A stretch of 61,735 nt of DNA, counting the filler, from Choristocarpus tenellus KU-1152 (taxonomy: Eukaryota > Protista > Phaeophyceae): the NCBI GenBank assembly GCA_964200185.2. It is 7 parts of 7 records of this genome, joined end to end, with 100 filler letters (N's around TTAATTAATTAA, not from the genome) between each part and the next. Parts side by side here need not be neighbours in the genome. Positions count along the whole stretch, not along the records: positions 8,362 to 13,361 come from CAXNAD020012217.1; positions 13,462 to 29,312 come from CAXNAD020000919.1; 5 more parts are not named here. The stretch is one strand, 5' to 3'. Within the stretch, counting starts at the first letter, position 1. The number at the start of each line of letters is the position of its first letter. This document shows positions 13,090-26,600 of the stretch, piece by piece. Position numbers and translations under genes: made by a program. The notes beneath the pieces are model-generated. The model searched no databases, was not told where the DNA came from, and saw nothing but the letters and a program-made list of their open reading frames with translations.

Positions 13090-13336
13090 CTGTGATAACA
13101 GAAGAGTCTGTAAGAGGTATACGTTTGTGTTTTGGAAGTGAGCCCACCGAGTTGACCACAGTGAACTAGCTTTCCTTCAGGGGGTTGATCGCTTCTGCTT
13201 GTATTGTTAGCTAGCTCGGTAGATTTTTTTTTTGTACTTCTATTATTCGGCAGTGTTTGGTGTCAATCTGATCTACCAATCGTAACCTTATGCCCACCAT
13301 GTAGAAGCTGGTAGTAGAGGTGTAGAAGACATATAT

Positions 13337-13484
13337 GAGTCAAAGTATCTGGGGGGTGGGGNNNNNNNNNNNNNNNNNNNNNNNNNNNNNNNNNNNNNNN
13401 NNNNNTTAATTAATTAANNNNNNNNNNNNNNNNNNNNNNNNNNNNNNNNNNNNNNNNNNNNCCCCCTCCCAGTTACTTTGGGTC
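13337..13484. mobile_element. MITE family B termini on both sides of a linker
   Basis: GAGTCAAAGTATCTGGGGGGTGGGG on the left, CCCCCTCCCAGTTACTTTGGGTC on the right; flanks differ (TAT vs AAA), so possibly two copies. Confidence 0.75.
13362..13461. other. Artificial contig linker
   Basis: 44N-TTAATTAATTAA-44N. Confidence 0.98.
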
Positions 13485-14685
13485 AAAGCAGACTTCGGTA
13501 GTAAGAGGCAATAGATGAGGTTCACTTGTGTGGGATGAATGAAGCAGTGAATGGAATAGAAGAACTGTGATACTAGGATATGAGAGGAGGCTGTTGCTAG
13601 TAAAGACGGTGGATAATGAAGGGTGAGGTTTATGTTGACCTTTTTCGTATTATAGAATGAACACCAGTGTTGCAGTAGTCTTTTTTTATTGATTTGCCTT
13701 TCATCAGTTTTTTTCACATCTACATGTGCACACATGAACTTGCTCCTACCCAGTTGACTTATTTTCTTCTGTGATGGATGTACCTTCTTCCAGGCAAGAG
13801 CTACTGCATTTCTTCAGTATGTGTTCTGTCCCCTGCCTGCACTCTAGATATACTGTGGTCGTAAAATATTGGTTGCCCCAGAGTAATCCTATCTGAGAAT
13901 TACATAGCTGCATTATACGGGTCTCCAGAGATAGGCGAAAACAGGTCTTCTTATATGCCACAAGAAAGGCCTCTGCTCAATTATGGGACAAAGTTTATTT
14001 TTCAGTCTCTCTTCCACAGTGGTGCAGTCGTTTGTGGAGCTTCTGTTGTGTGCATAAAATTTGAAAATAGTTTGCAGTTCACTGGGGTTAAAAAAAGATG
14101 TACAAATGAAAAACAACGAAAATTTGTGTATCTCTCAGTTATAGTGGTATGACTCCCTTGATATGTAGGGTAGAGGTTGCTTGTTGTGAGATTTGATTAT
14201 ACAGGCAGTGTTAGCCAAAGAATGACCGACTATAGTAATAATATAGGTGTTGCATACAAGTAAGTTGGTGATGACAAGTTGTTGGCATTGTTGCCAGAAC
14301 TGCTGGTGGAACTCTTCTAGCAAAGTACAAACATGTTCTGCTTAAATAGAAGGAACTATAAAATGGAAATGGATAGCGCTTTGTGGTGATGATCTTCCCG
14401 TGAATGTTCTGATTCAAATTGTCATCAATGTATAGTACAGTGGTGTGGATGAGATTAAAGCTGTGAGGGAGCCAAAATGTTTGAACTTGTCCTTTTGAAT
14501 TTTATTGCTAATTTTTCTGTTTTGGGTATGACTAGGTATTTGTTTTATGGAACACACAACATAGGATCGAATGCCATTGTAATGCAAGTCCAGCTGTGCT
14601 CTGATGACTGATCTCTCTTGTTGTCCTCACTGATTACTGCATCTCTCTTGTTGTGCTGAAATACAACTCTTGTTATTTTGAACAG

Positions 14686-17600
14686 CTTCAAAGCCAGCCT
14701 CGTGGCAATGACAAGATGAACAAGATTTCTGACACCATCAAGGAAGGGGCCAAGGCCTTCCTCATTACTGAGTACAAATGTGCGTGTCAAAGAGAGACAA
14801 TTAGAAGCCCCTCCTACAGAATATTGAAAATGTATCCCCCGCCCTCACCCCAATTTACCTCCCTTTGCCACAAAGGTACAAGATGTTTTTTACCTTTTTT
14901 CTGTTCCACTTCACTTATTTCACCCAAATTTTGCAGGGCTTTTCACCTGGCCAGGCAGCTGTGAAAGGTTCGGTCTCTTCCATAACCAGGTTGCATACAC
15001 TTGTAAAAGGTTCTGTGTCGGCCCAGAAGCACTTCTATGGTTTGGTGTATAAATACAGCCGTGTTTAACTCAGAGGGACAATTTTCTAGGGTTCGGTCCA
15101 TAACTTGATCCTTGTGTTTATGAAAGGTTCTGTGTCAGACCAGAAGTATTTCCAGGGTCCAGTCTATACTATCCATGTTTGACTTCAGGCTAGCCTGTTT
15201 GTGATGGACATGTTTGGTTGTAAGGGATGGTCTGGGCATGCATTGTCTAGACAATGAAAACCGTTGAAATCTGTTGACTCCTTGTGTTCTTACTATTGTG
15301 TTCTTACTATTACTCATTAATGTAATCCAGAGTACGTGTTGAAAGAAACATCCACCTTACAGTTTGACCCACAGTACTCAGGACAGAGGTAGGGTTGGAC
15401 CTCTGTGTTTTGACAAGACTGACCCAGTGTAAACTGTTCCGAATAGGTCTGGTCTGCACCAAGGCTAGTGATGTTTGGCAGACATTTTTCTTGTGTGTTG
15501 CCCTGATTCACTCTTTCATGAATATCACAGTGTTTATGAAAGGTCCAGTCCTGGGCAGACATCTATTTCTACAGGCCAAGTCTGATGAGAAGCCCTGAAA
15601 GTTTGTCAATGTGATACATACTCTCACCCCTGTGCCATTTTATGACTCAATCCTCTCGGTAGGTTTTTGATAGCATGACAGTGACAAGTGGAATGTCCTC
15701 ATGGTACTACAGCATTTTGCTCTAATGATTGTGCCTCCATCTCTCCTGACTTGAATCCGCATGTTGGTATGTTATTGTTGGTTTTTCAACTTCATAAAAT
15801 CTTCCTCCATGGAAGCAACGATATCATAACGGTCTGCAGGTGTTAGTTTTGTATACTGATGGGGTTAACATTGTAGTGTTTGGCATTTTCATGCCCATCT
15901 TTTTACACCCAACCTAAATCGTGTTGCAAATGGGGGCCAATACTCGTCTTTGTTCCTCAGGAGCAAGCTTGTGAAAGCAAACAACTTGATGGGTTGGAAA
16001 GTAGAACATGAAAATCTTGAAAGAGAGTAATTTTACCTTTTCTACGTTAGATGGGAGATACATAATATTTCTATAGGTCCCTTGATGGAAAGATCAATGA
16101 ACTAATTGGTATGTTGATTTGCTTTGAGCTGCTTTTTGGACAAGGGAGCTGACTCAGAAGTGACTTCAGGAATAATGTTCTTTCCCTGGTTCGACTATTT
16201 CATTCCCATTCTTTGTTGTTTGACCCCTGTCCTGATTATCACCTGCCCAATCTGTGCCTCTCTTCGTTGCCATGTACCCGACACGGTGCAGATCTGGCAA
16301 TATTTGTCACTATCTTCTTTGCCATCCTTGTCATCATATACACATTGGTAAGCCCACACCCCCTCACAGCCCCAGTGCTTCACACAGAAAGTATTAGTTG
16401 GGCTTACACCTCCCTGACTGTTTCATGCCATCGGTTGTTGTCATGACATTCTGAGACTTGAGTCCTGTAACCCCAACCATACAGTTAATGCCAAGGAGTT
16501 GATTTTTTTACCAGGTAGACCCACCGGTTCTTGCCGCAGACTGCTTCATAATCCTTACTGCTTTCAGCCTCTTTGCTTACACATTGATGACTATGATCAA
16601 TATTTTTCTATGATCAATATTTTTCACAATTCACACACATTTTGGTTGAATCAACCTGTTCACGGGATCTAAACTAGCACCTCATGTTTGTTATAGTATA
16701 CATTTTTGTCGAATTTTATTGATACACATATTTGCCACACCTAGAACCTTGTTCATTTTTTTCTCGTGCAGTTGTGTTTGAAGCTTTGGATGAACCTGGT
16801 GTGTGAACAGGCTTATCACATAAAACACTCCCTTGAACCTGAAGACATCCTGGTCCCCTGCGAGTCTTACCACTCTTGATTTGAGCTTGTATTTCAGTAC
16901 AAAGTTCCTGCCCATAGTTTTAGCTTTGAATTTTGTTCTGTTTGTGAATGGATCAGAAACTGTGTTTGCTGTTGTACTTCATTGACGTCAGTTTGTATAA
17001 AGGCGGCATGGCAGAGATTCTACCCTGCTGTGTGCTGGGTGGGTCACTTTTGAACCACTAGGAGATGCACTACTGTTTCGTGCTCAAGTTATATTGATAT
17101 ATCATGGTTGGAGAGAGTACTATTTGACCTGTTCTCCAACACTTGATATAATATACTACCCCTTTCTTTTCTCCTGAAAAAGCACAATTCACCCACACAC
17201 ATGTACCAGTACTCAGCAGTCTTACTCCCTTCAAATAGTGTATGTAATTTGTTCAGTGGTGTACAGAGTCTCCATTCATTTTTTTTTATTTTGTGATCTG
17301 CCTTCTTCCCAGTAGGTGCTTTTTATCGCTGCGAAGATGTTTTGCTGAACTATATGCTTAGAGATGGTGATCCTCCATGCAACCATGTTGTGCTTCATAT
17401 TTGTACTTCATTGTGTACTTAGAATATAGGGCTAGCTTCAAGGGGTAGGAACTGTGTTAGGTTGTCAGACTTGAAGCATGAGAAGGGAAGTATGAGCTCA
17501 TAGCATTTTGTCAGACCTTCTGATAATGTCTTCAGATGATGCCTTCTAATGATGCTTCGTCCATGAAACTTTGACAGTACAATGGAAGGGAGGATCGCAC

Positions 17601-20600
17601 CGATGGTATTCGCATTGCCTCTTGCTTTTTTGCTGGTGCCATCCTATCAGCTGCTGCTGGTTGGGGAGGAAGTGAGATACCCTTGTTTTTTTGTCTGTGC
17701 TCTACACCCTTGGTCTGTGGTACTGTGATATGGTACACATACCCTTGACCATCTTGGTAGGCTGACAATATTTTGTACATTGGTTGTGCATCTCGCAGAT
17801 GTAGTGCTAAAAAGCAAGATTAAATGTCTGGTTTGTCCAAAGCTCCAAATCTTCTTTGGATACGTGCAATTTTTTAATCTTTTCTCTCCTGCCTGTCAGT
17901 GGATAGATAGGAGGGTAGTTCTAGTGTCAATATTGGATGGTCCAACAACAAGGATATGTGATTCTATATAATAGTATGCTTTGCCTTTTTTACTAACAAT
18001 ATGACGCATGTATGCCTTGAAAGCATGAATTATAGGCTCTGGACATGATATATCCCTCAGTTTTGTTTCCAGTAATGTAGTAGTAATCATGCTGAGATAT
18101 CAAAGGCGTGCTGCTATAAGTGTATTAAAGAGTTGGAAAATATCCCTCCCTCCTTCAATAGTAGCCCCCCTACTCTTCTATTATAATGCTCCTTCTGTGA
18201 TGGCCTGTTGTCATTGAAATGTGATATGGAAAATAGTTGGGAATCATTGCCATATTTTTGAAAGTATATTTCGTTTGGGTTACCTGGCGCTTGGTGTTAA
18301 AAATATTGGAATTTGGACTGGTAATAACCATTCCCATTCATTTTCCTAAGCATGATATTATTACTATCAAAATCAACACTGGTTAAGATTGGTCATTATC
18401 ATGATGCACTTTTCACACTTTCAATCATTTGAAAATCGATTACCAAAATCCTACATCTACCAAAAATTCCCTGTAAAACCAAATCTTGTTTTAGTGTTGG
18501 TCAATATGCCCCTTTGGGAGAAAAATGCCAGTTATTGACATTCTTCTCAACTTTTTTGAAGTTGACGGACTGAACTTTGGAATATGAATGGTGACTAACA
18601 AGTCCTCTATTCTAGTTTAGACTCCTATGTGAGAAAGGTGGTAGACCTAGAAAACCCTATAGCATGAGCGATTTTGTCATCACAGATCACAGAGAGGACC
18701 TCATGTTCTGTGCAGGATTGCTATTAAAGTGGTAGTGGCGTAGTGGGCATTTATGTAGCATTTCCTGTGCATGTATGACAGCTGTATGGTGTTTCTGATT
18801 CTACAAGAAATTCTTTGTTGGTTTGCTATTCCGAAGTACATACATCTATTTTTTATTTTTGTTTTGTTTTGAAATTCTCCCTGCTTCTATGAAAAACTCT
18901 CCACAAGTCTGAAGGACAAGGTTGTCCATCTTCTCTTGCCACTGTAAATTGATGGTGATTAATCACTTCTTTAGTCTTGCATATTTTCATCCCCGCTACC
19001 CCTCACCTCTTGACCACTCCCACACTTTCCTGAGTTAGACATGTCAACCTTTGGTCCTAACCCTAACCTTCTGGTCAAAACATCCATCGCCAATAGAGAA
19101 AAGCTCCATGTTTTGATTTTGTTTTGCAGTGATGATTGCAACAGATGCTAATGTGCGAACAACAGCAGCTGCAGAAGCGTCTGGGTTAGACCAGGCTCTA
19201 AGGGTGGCCTTTACTGGTGGTGCTGTTATGGGTTACACAGTTGTTGGCCTTGCTCTTCTGGGTATCAGCGGGTAAGTGTGAGAACTGTGTTGGAGTAGGA
19301 TGGGGGTTAGAATGTAGAGGGGTAATCTGTAGCCCTTGACCATTGTTGTCACGGCATTGTATGCAAACATCTAGTACATCAGGTACTGCAGGTATACCTC
19401 AGGACTTTTCACCAGGCAGGGAAGTTAGCACGGTCGTTGGCCATGATGAAATGGTCAATGGTCATGGACCTGGTCATATTTGACTTTGGTCGTACATAGC
19501 CAGCCAGTGGCCCCAGTCATGTTGAGTAGTGACGGCCATACATATCTTGGTCATGTTATAATATTTATTCTATGGGTGAACAGGTAATATTTTTCTTGAC
19601 ATTCAGGTCAGCCATGTCATGGTCCTACCTCCCTATTTGCCATTCACTCTACTTGTGTCTTGTATCATCCTATGCCACTACTGTAAGTACAAAATAATGT
19701 TTGTTAATGTTTCTATAATATTTCCTATTTTTCCTTCTTAGAGACTACAATTTCAGAATTGAATGAAAATACTTGGTCCGGACATGTTGAGAGAATGTTT
19801 GACCCATCAGACCGGCGGACATGGACCAGTTCAACACCTAGTGGATATGGGCTGATTGTATTGAAAACCCCTCCCTCACTCCAACCCTCAGCCTCTATTT
19901 AACCATGTCTTGTTCTATGTTGATTCCCTATTTTCTAATCCTCTCTCTTAATATTGCTTTGTACTCCTTCTACGATGCCTTTTTTGTGGTTTCTATGTGT
20001 GCTTCTTTGTGTTTTTTTATGTGTGAAATTTATGGGCAGGTTTATGTGGTTGATGACAGCAGATCGTGATGACATTTCCTCCACAAATGAGAGTGAAGAT
20101 CTCCGCCTAGCTGTGGAATCCCTTTCAGGGTTTGGTTTTGGTGCGTCCTCTATTGCACTCTTTGCACGTGTTGCCGGTGGCATCTACACCAAGGTGAAGG
20201 ATCTCTATACCAATTTAACATCATTATTGCACCTTGATATATATTCAAGGAAGTGTGTGTTGATTGTTTGGTTGTTATCAAGGACACCTTACAGAAACAA
20301 CCTTCTTCTAACTGCCGAGTCAAACTTTCCCTGAACACAATTGTGTTTTGTTTGGGCTAGCACCAAAATTTATTCTCACTATCGGTGTTCTTGCAATCAA
20401 ACACAAAAAATATCCTCAGATTTCATTCAGGAGAGCTTTCTTCCTAAAAATAACCTCTGAATAGTCAGTCTCATACTTACCACCTTTTTGTCTCAACCCA
20501 TATTTGGTGACAACCAGCAATGAACAAGGTAAGAAGTTTGTGAGGTGCAGCCAATGACACTGCTTCATTTTTGGAAGAGGATGCAAGACTCTCTGGAAAA

Positions 20601-23600
20601 TGTTGATATTATGTTTTTTTTCTGCTCCTCATGTGGATCTAATTCGTTCATAATAAAACTTGATGCTGAGAATATTATTGAGGACATGAATCAAGAGCTC
20701 AATTTCTGCTTGCCATGATATACTCCTCCTTGGCGTGTGAAGGAAGGAGAGTCAACGGCAATGGCATTGGAGAAGTGGGGTACAAAAACCCCTTTTTTAT
20801 GTTGCATATGGAGCCGAGTATATTAAGGCCAAAAAAAGGCAAGATCCTACTGCTCCTTCTCAGCTCCCTGCTACTCTTATTACTCCAAGCAATTTGTTAT
20901 AACCATGCGTCTTTCCAGAATGTAGTAGTGATGGTGGTGTAGAGCGGTTAGGGTTGGCAAAGGATGGAGCAGGCAAATCATGTGGGAGGCGCTGGTGCAA
21001 CTGCACTCCCAAATATTGAGAGTTGGTATCTGTGACATGTATGCATAAGGCGTGAGATGGTCGAGCAGATGCACGATTCAGAGGAGACCTTAATGGCGAT
21101 GGGCTCTTGACCCTAAGCATTTCAGAGGGTATAACTGTGTCCGTTCAGATCATAAATCCAATGTTGAGATTTTGATGAATTTTGACTATCATGTTTGTTA
21201 GCAAGTGTCAATATCCTTGCTCCAGGTACACCTTTCATATTTGTATACATTTTAGGTAACTGTGATCACACAGAACACCGAAAAAGGGCATGAAAAACCT
21301 GTGGGAAGCTATGCCCCGAACGGACAAACAGTTCAAAACTCCTACCCTCTTAACTGCTTCGACTCTCTTAATAGAACTGGTTCAAGCCAACCCAATCTGT
21401 GGCATGTACGAACTAGTTAATTTGGAAATGTTATTTTGTGACTTACCATTTTTATGTTAAAGAGATTCATTTGTACAAGCACACATAAGAAGACTTGCAA
21501 GGATGAGAGTGGTTCTGGTATGTACAGACCCAAAGATGCACAGACAGATAAACAGACAGACAGACAGACGAATGGATGGATGGATGGATGGATGGATAGG
21601 AATAATTCTATTGTTTGTGAGACTTAGGTGTGGAGATCTATCCTCAATACTCAGCAACTTGAGGTGCATTTTTCAATTGATACACTATACCATGTGTGGC
21701 TTTGGGAATCTCTACAACGCCTTACTGCTTTGTAATCCTCTTAACCAAACCCGTAAATAACTTTACCTCAAACCTAGCCCTACCTTAACCTTGTCCCTCA
21801 CTCATGATCCCATTAATCTACCAACCATAATCAAACCTATTATTTTTATGTGGATATAAAAATTCCATAGGGAGGAAGCTACCCTGGTAGGTAAGGGAGA
21901 AGAGTTCTAGAACTCCACGACGCATGTATGGGATGTATTGGATGCGATAATAAATTTTATGTAACATCATGACTGGTGTGTAAGGCCAACCTGGATCCCC
22001 TCCAACCCCCTAGCTTCTCTATGACTGGTGGTAACTGTGTTGAATACCCAGGTCGTGAAAAGTGTGTACACTATATTGTATTGACATTTATGCAACATAT
22101 CCAGATTAGGTGCCATATTTCAGCAGCGGTTCTGAACAATTCCCTGTGAGATCCACCATCAGACCCTTTCAATATACAATAATTTATTGGGTACTACGTT
22201 AGATCCTGTCACAAATGAAGCGATTAAGTGCAGTGCATGGTAAACTTTCATTGCTGCACATAACGTTTCTGTGGATATGGACAGAAGTAGTGAGAGATTC
22301 TTCTGAGGTCACATTGCTCATGCACTCAACCATCTAAGTGAGGTCCTGGCCCAGTAGAGTGTGTCTGAGGTTGGTAGTGAGGGAGAACATGTAGTTATTG
22401 CCATCTCATCTGTTGCTCCCATGCTACACTGCCAGCACTCCCCTACAGTGTGTGTGCAGTGGAACATAAATTGAGCTACTTTATACTGCTGGGAGGGCAT
22501 AGGGTGATATTTAGTTAAATTGTTTGCATAAATAAAAACTGCACTTCAACAAGTAATATAGAGATCTTATGTACCAGGATTACATTGAGGTATTTGTGTA
22601 CCGCAGGTATTATGAGAATATACTGAGAGCATTGCTGATACCTACAAACATTTGTCATGGCTTGAAGCACTCAGTTATCCTCATCATATTTCTACCTGTA
22701 GCAAGAGTCCTAAAGCAGAGCAGTGTCCCCTCACCTCTAGGAATTATAAGAATTGGCTCGGAATCCAGGGAAGTGGGTAGGGTCAGTTGGTACTTGACGA
22801 GGAAGCTTTGATGGTGACAAGGATTCTGTTGCTACCACCCCTGACTGTTCCGAATTGCTGCAGGCAGCTGATGTGGGTGCAGACCTTGTGGGCAAGGTGG
22901 AGGAAGACTTGCCTGAAGATGATCCCCGTAACCCTGCTGTGATTGCTGATAATGTGGGGGATAATGTGGGAGATGTAGCAGGTGAGCTCTGCAGGAAGTA
23001 TGTTGGTTAGAGGCACAGGAGTGAGTGAGAAAAAGTGGGAAATGATATTTCATCGTTCACTATTTACCAGGACAGCACTGACCTGAGTTAGGTTATGTAG
23101 ATTGCTCTGTTCAGTAAGAGTTTGTTATTGTACATCATTGGTTTTGATATTAACTTCGAGAATGATAGTGGCACTCTTGGTACCATGAATAAGATCTTAG
23201 TGGTCATGTTATGTTGTGCACTAAGCCAGAATTGCTACCTTAAACTGTATGGTGTTGTACCTACTACTGTAGATTCAATGAGATGTTTTATCATTCAAGT
23301 CTTTTGTGGAGTATCCTGTGACATTCTTAAATGTATGCATGAAAGAAGAATAGCATTGATCATCGCACCAAGCCACCTTGAAGCAAAGGACAAAAAAAGG
23401 TCATACGGTACCAAATTTTGCCTTTGCTTTCTACCACTGTAGTACAGCTTGGTAAATCTGTAGGAAAAAACTCAAAACATTGTAGTCATGAATTGTATAA
23501 TATAACCCACTTATATCACCACCTCATTCTCCCTCCACTCTGGATTCGCAAGGCATGGGTGCTGACCTTTTTGAATCTTATGTGGGGTCAATCATTGCTT

Positions 23601-26600
23601 CTGCAACCTTGGCCGATGGTAACCCTCGTCTCATTGCCCTCCCATTCTGGATTGCCGGCGCTGGAATGATTGCATCCTTTATCAGCTACTTCTTTGTGGG
23701 GACGAAGGTCTGCTACCACCCGTCCCCATCATCCTCCTGCTTAACTGTACCTGATATACTTCCGAGCATATAGATTTGCAACTGACTCTGTGCAGTCTAG
23801 TACTGGTCTTCCTGCTGCAGTGTAATGGCACCACTCTTTTGATGACTGGAGGATCATTGTGCTTGTGCATGGAAGTTGTCTTTTCCTGGGTTGTTGGCAA
23901 CTACTGCAGCAGCACAGAATCTTTCCACTTGCAGTTAACTTGACCGGAAAATAAGATTATTACCTTACAACCTTATGAGAACAAGACAAGTTCAAACTTA
24001 TGACTCTCCTCTCTCATCCCTTTTTTCTATGCCTGATGCTGAACCTAGGTCTTGAACCTAACCCTGACCCTCAGCCTAGCTTGTACTATGTTCCTAATCT
24101 GGTCTCTGATACATATCTGCAATGGTGCAACAGTAAAGGTCATAATGCTGATGAATCAACACTTCTGGAAAATATAGCCTTTGACACACACAATGATACC
24201 TACAAGTTCATTGCAATGAAATATTGCCAATACTCCCTTTTCCCTGATTTTACTTTTTCCCATCACTTCCACTGCTGTTCATTTCCCTGCTCTGGACCAT
24301 GCTTACCTCTTTGTCCTTATTCTATAGCTACCCTTTCCCACCGCTTCCTCTGCTCTGTGCTTAACCACTGTTCCCCTATGCCTTTGTTCCTCCTCCATCA
24401 CCCCCTCACCCCCACATCATACCTACTGTCACTGGGATGAATAGGAGGGTGCATCCCAGCGACAGTTGATGCAGGCACTTCACAAGGGTACCATAACTGC
24501 CAGTGTTCTTGTTGTAGCCTTTGCTGCAGTCATCATCTCGCTCTTCTTTGATGGGGATGACGAAAATGAGGGATGGAAGATCTTTGCCTGTGTGGTTATT
24601 GGACTTGTCTCAGGCATCATTATTGGGGAGTTCACTGAGGTGATGAGAGTTGTTTATTTATCTCTACTAGGTATATGTGAGGGGTGATGTGCTGCTCATG
24701 TGTGACTTATATTCACCATTACATGTGTGAGATTTGTGGAATAGAGATAGATTGCGTACCCTATGATATTATCTTGACTCCTCTGCATTTCACAAGCGGA
24801 TGTATTACATATTGAAGAGTTCAAATATGCAGCATTGTTGTAGGGGAGAACATTTATTCAAGGTCAGTTCTCATGATGGATACGTTGAGTTAATGATAAC
24901 TTGTTGGCATGTTCCAGCATCTGCCTTGTGTGCTACTCTATGCACTCAATAATCCTTCCTCCTCCTGCCTAGCTAATAATCCCCACATACTATACCAAAT
25001 CATCGTCTTCCACATTTACCCACTGCATTATATGCCCCTCCTGCACCATCCTGTAACAGGTCTTCACATCGTATTCATTTGGTCCTGTAAAGTCCATCAC
25101 TGCTGCAGGAGTTACAGGGCCGGCCACAGTAGTTATCCAGGGACTGGGAATTGGTATGATCTCTTGTGTCCCGGTGAGTGGGGTAAGAGTTTGCATTACT
25201 GTACTCTAGCGGAAATGGTGATGGGCATGCAGTTGGGAAGCAAGGATAGACATTGATTCTGTACAAATACATACATACACAGTTTAAGGTATATGTTATA
25301 CTACAGTGCCCTTGCATGGTACATAGATGAAAAGAGGTAGAAGTGGGTACTTTGCAGGGATATATGGTTATAGTGGAGGCAGGGCACGCACAACCCACTT
25401 CTGCTACTGTGTGCTATGGATTTCTTCAGGGCAGGCCATTGTGCTTTGAACTATTACTATTCTAGGTGGCTTTAGTGAGGAGATGAAGGTTGATAGCAGG
25501 GAGATAAATGTTTTCTCGAGCTTTCTGACTCAGTATTAATGACATGAATATGATGTGGAGGGGGGAAGGAAGGACTGCAAAGAGTGTGGTGATCTAGTGA
25601 TACAATGCTAGTTAGTGTGGGAAGGTGTGTAGCAGGAGGTTGGGTGTCATGCACACTTGACTTCACAGTTTCACACAACTCTATTTGCATATCCATGGAT
25701 TTTTTTCGAGATGTGAAAACTTTTATGTTTCAAAGGACATTTTCCCAAGCAAAGAACTTGCTAAAGCCTGTTCTTTCCTCCTTTTCTTCCCTTCCCTTGC
25801 CTGTAATCCTCTAGCATTCACCTTCATCTCTGTGAGCATTTCACCTCTTTCTTGTTCAAATTTATCTTTGGTGCACTTGTGCGGTGTTGCAGATCATTAC
25901 AACACTTGTGATTGTGATTATTGCATGTGATGCCCTCTCTGGAGACTATGGCATTGCTATTGCTGCCGTGGGCATGCTCTCCACCCTGGTATGTTCTTCA
26001 AGTACTCCTTGATTGGTTGCAAGACTTCGCCTCTCTGATGCGTTCATGATGCGACTCCTGTACTTCTTTTTTTTCTATTTTATAGTGAACAGGTATTGCA
26101 AATTGCAGTGCGATTTTCCTTGTCATGACTGATATCAAGAGGCAGAATGTAAAAAGAGAAACATTGTAAGAGTTTTTGCCAAAAATATAGGCAATGCTCA
26201 CTCTTTCCTCACGTATTGTGTGTTCTTGAGGAGGTCATGATATACTGACCTAAGACTAGATTAAGCTGTGATGTCATGTGTCATACACACCTCAAGATAG
26301 ACTTGAAGGCTTGATGTATGCGTCAACTGTAAATGGTATTGTTAAAGCTGTGGAGCGTCATCCCATGTCATCATGATCACTCCCCAATCCCAGTCCAAAA
26401 TCCCTTTTTTTATATATATTCAATTCGTCTCAGGGAATTTGCTTGGCCACTGATGCATATGGTCCTATTGCAGACAATGCAGGAGGTATTGCAGAGATGG
26501 CAGACATGGAACAACGTGTGCGGGACACAACTGACGCCCTTGATGCACTGGGAAACACAACTGCAGCGACTGGTGTGTTTATTCTCAAGTGCCCAGCAAT

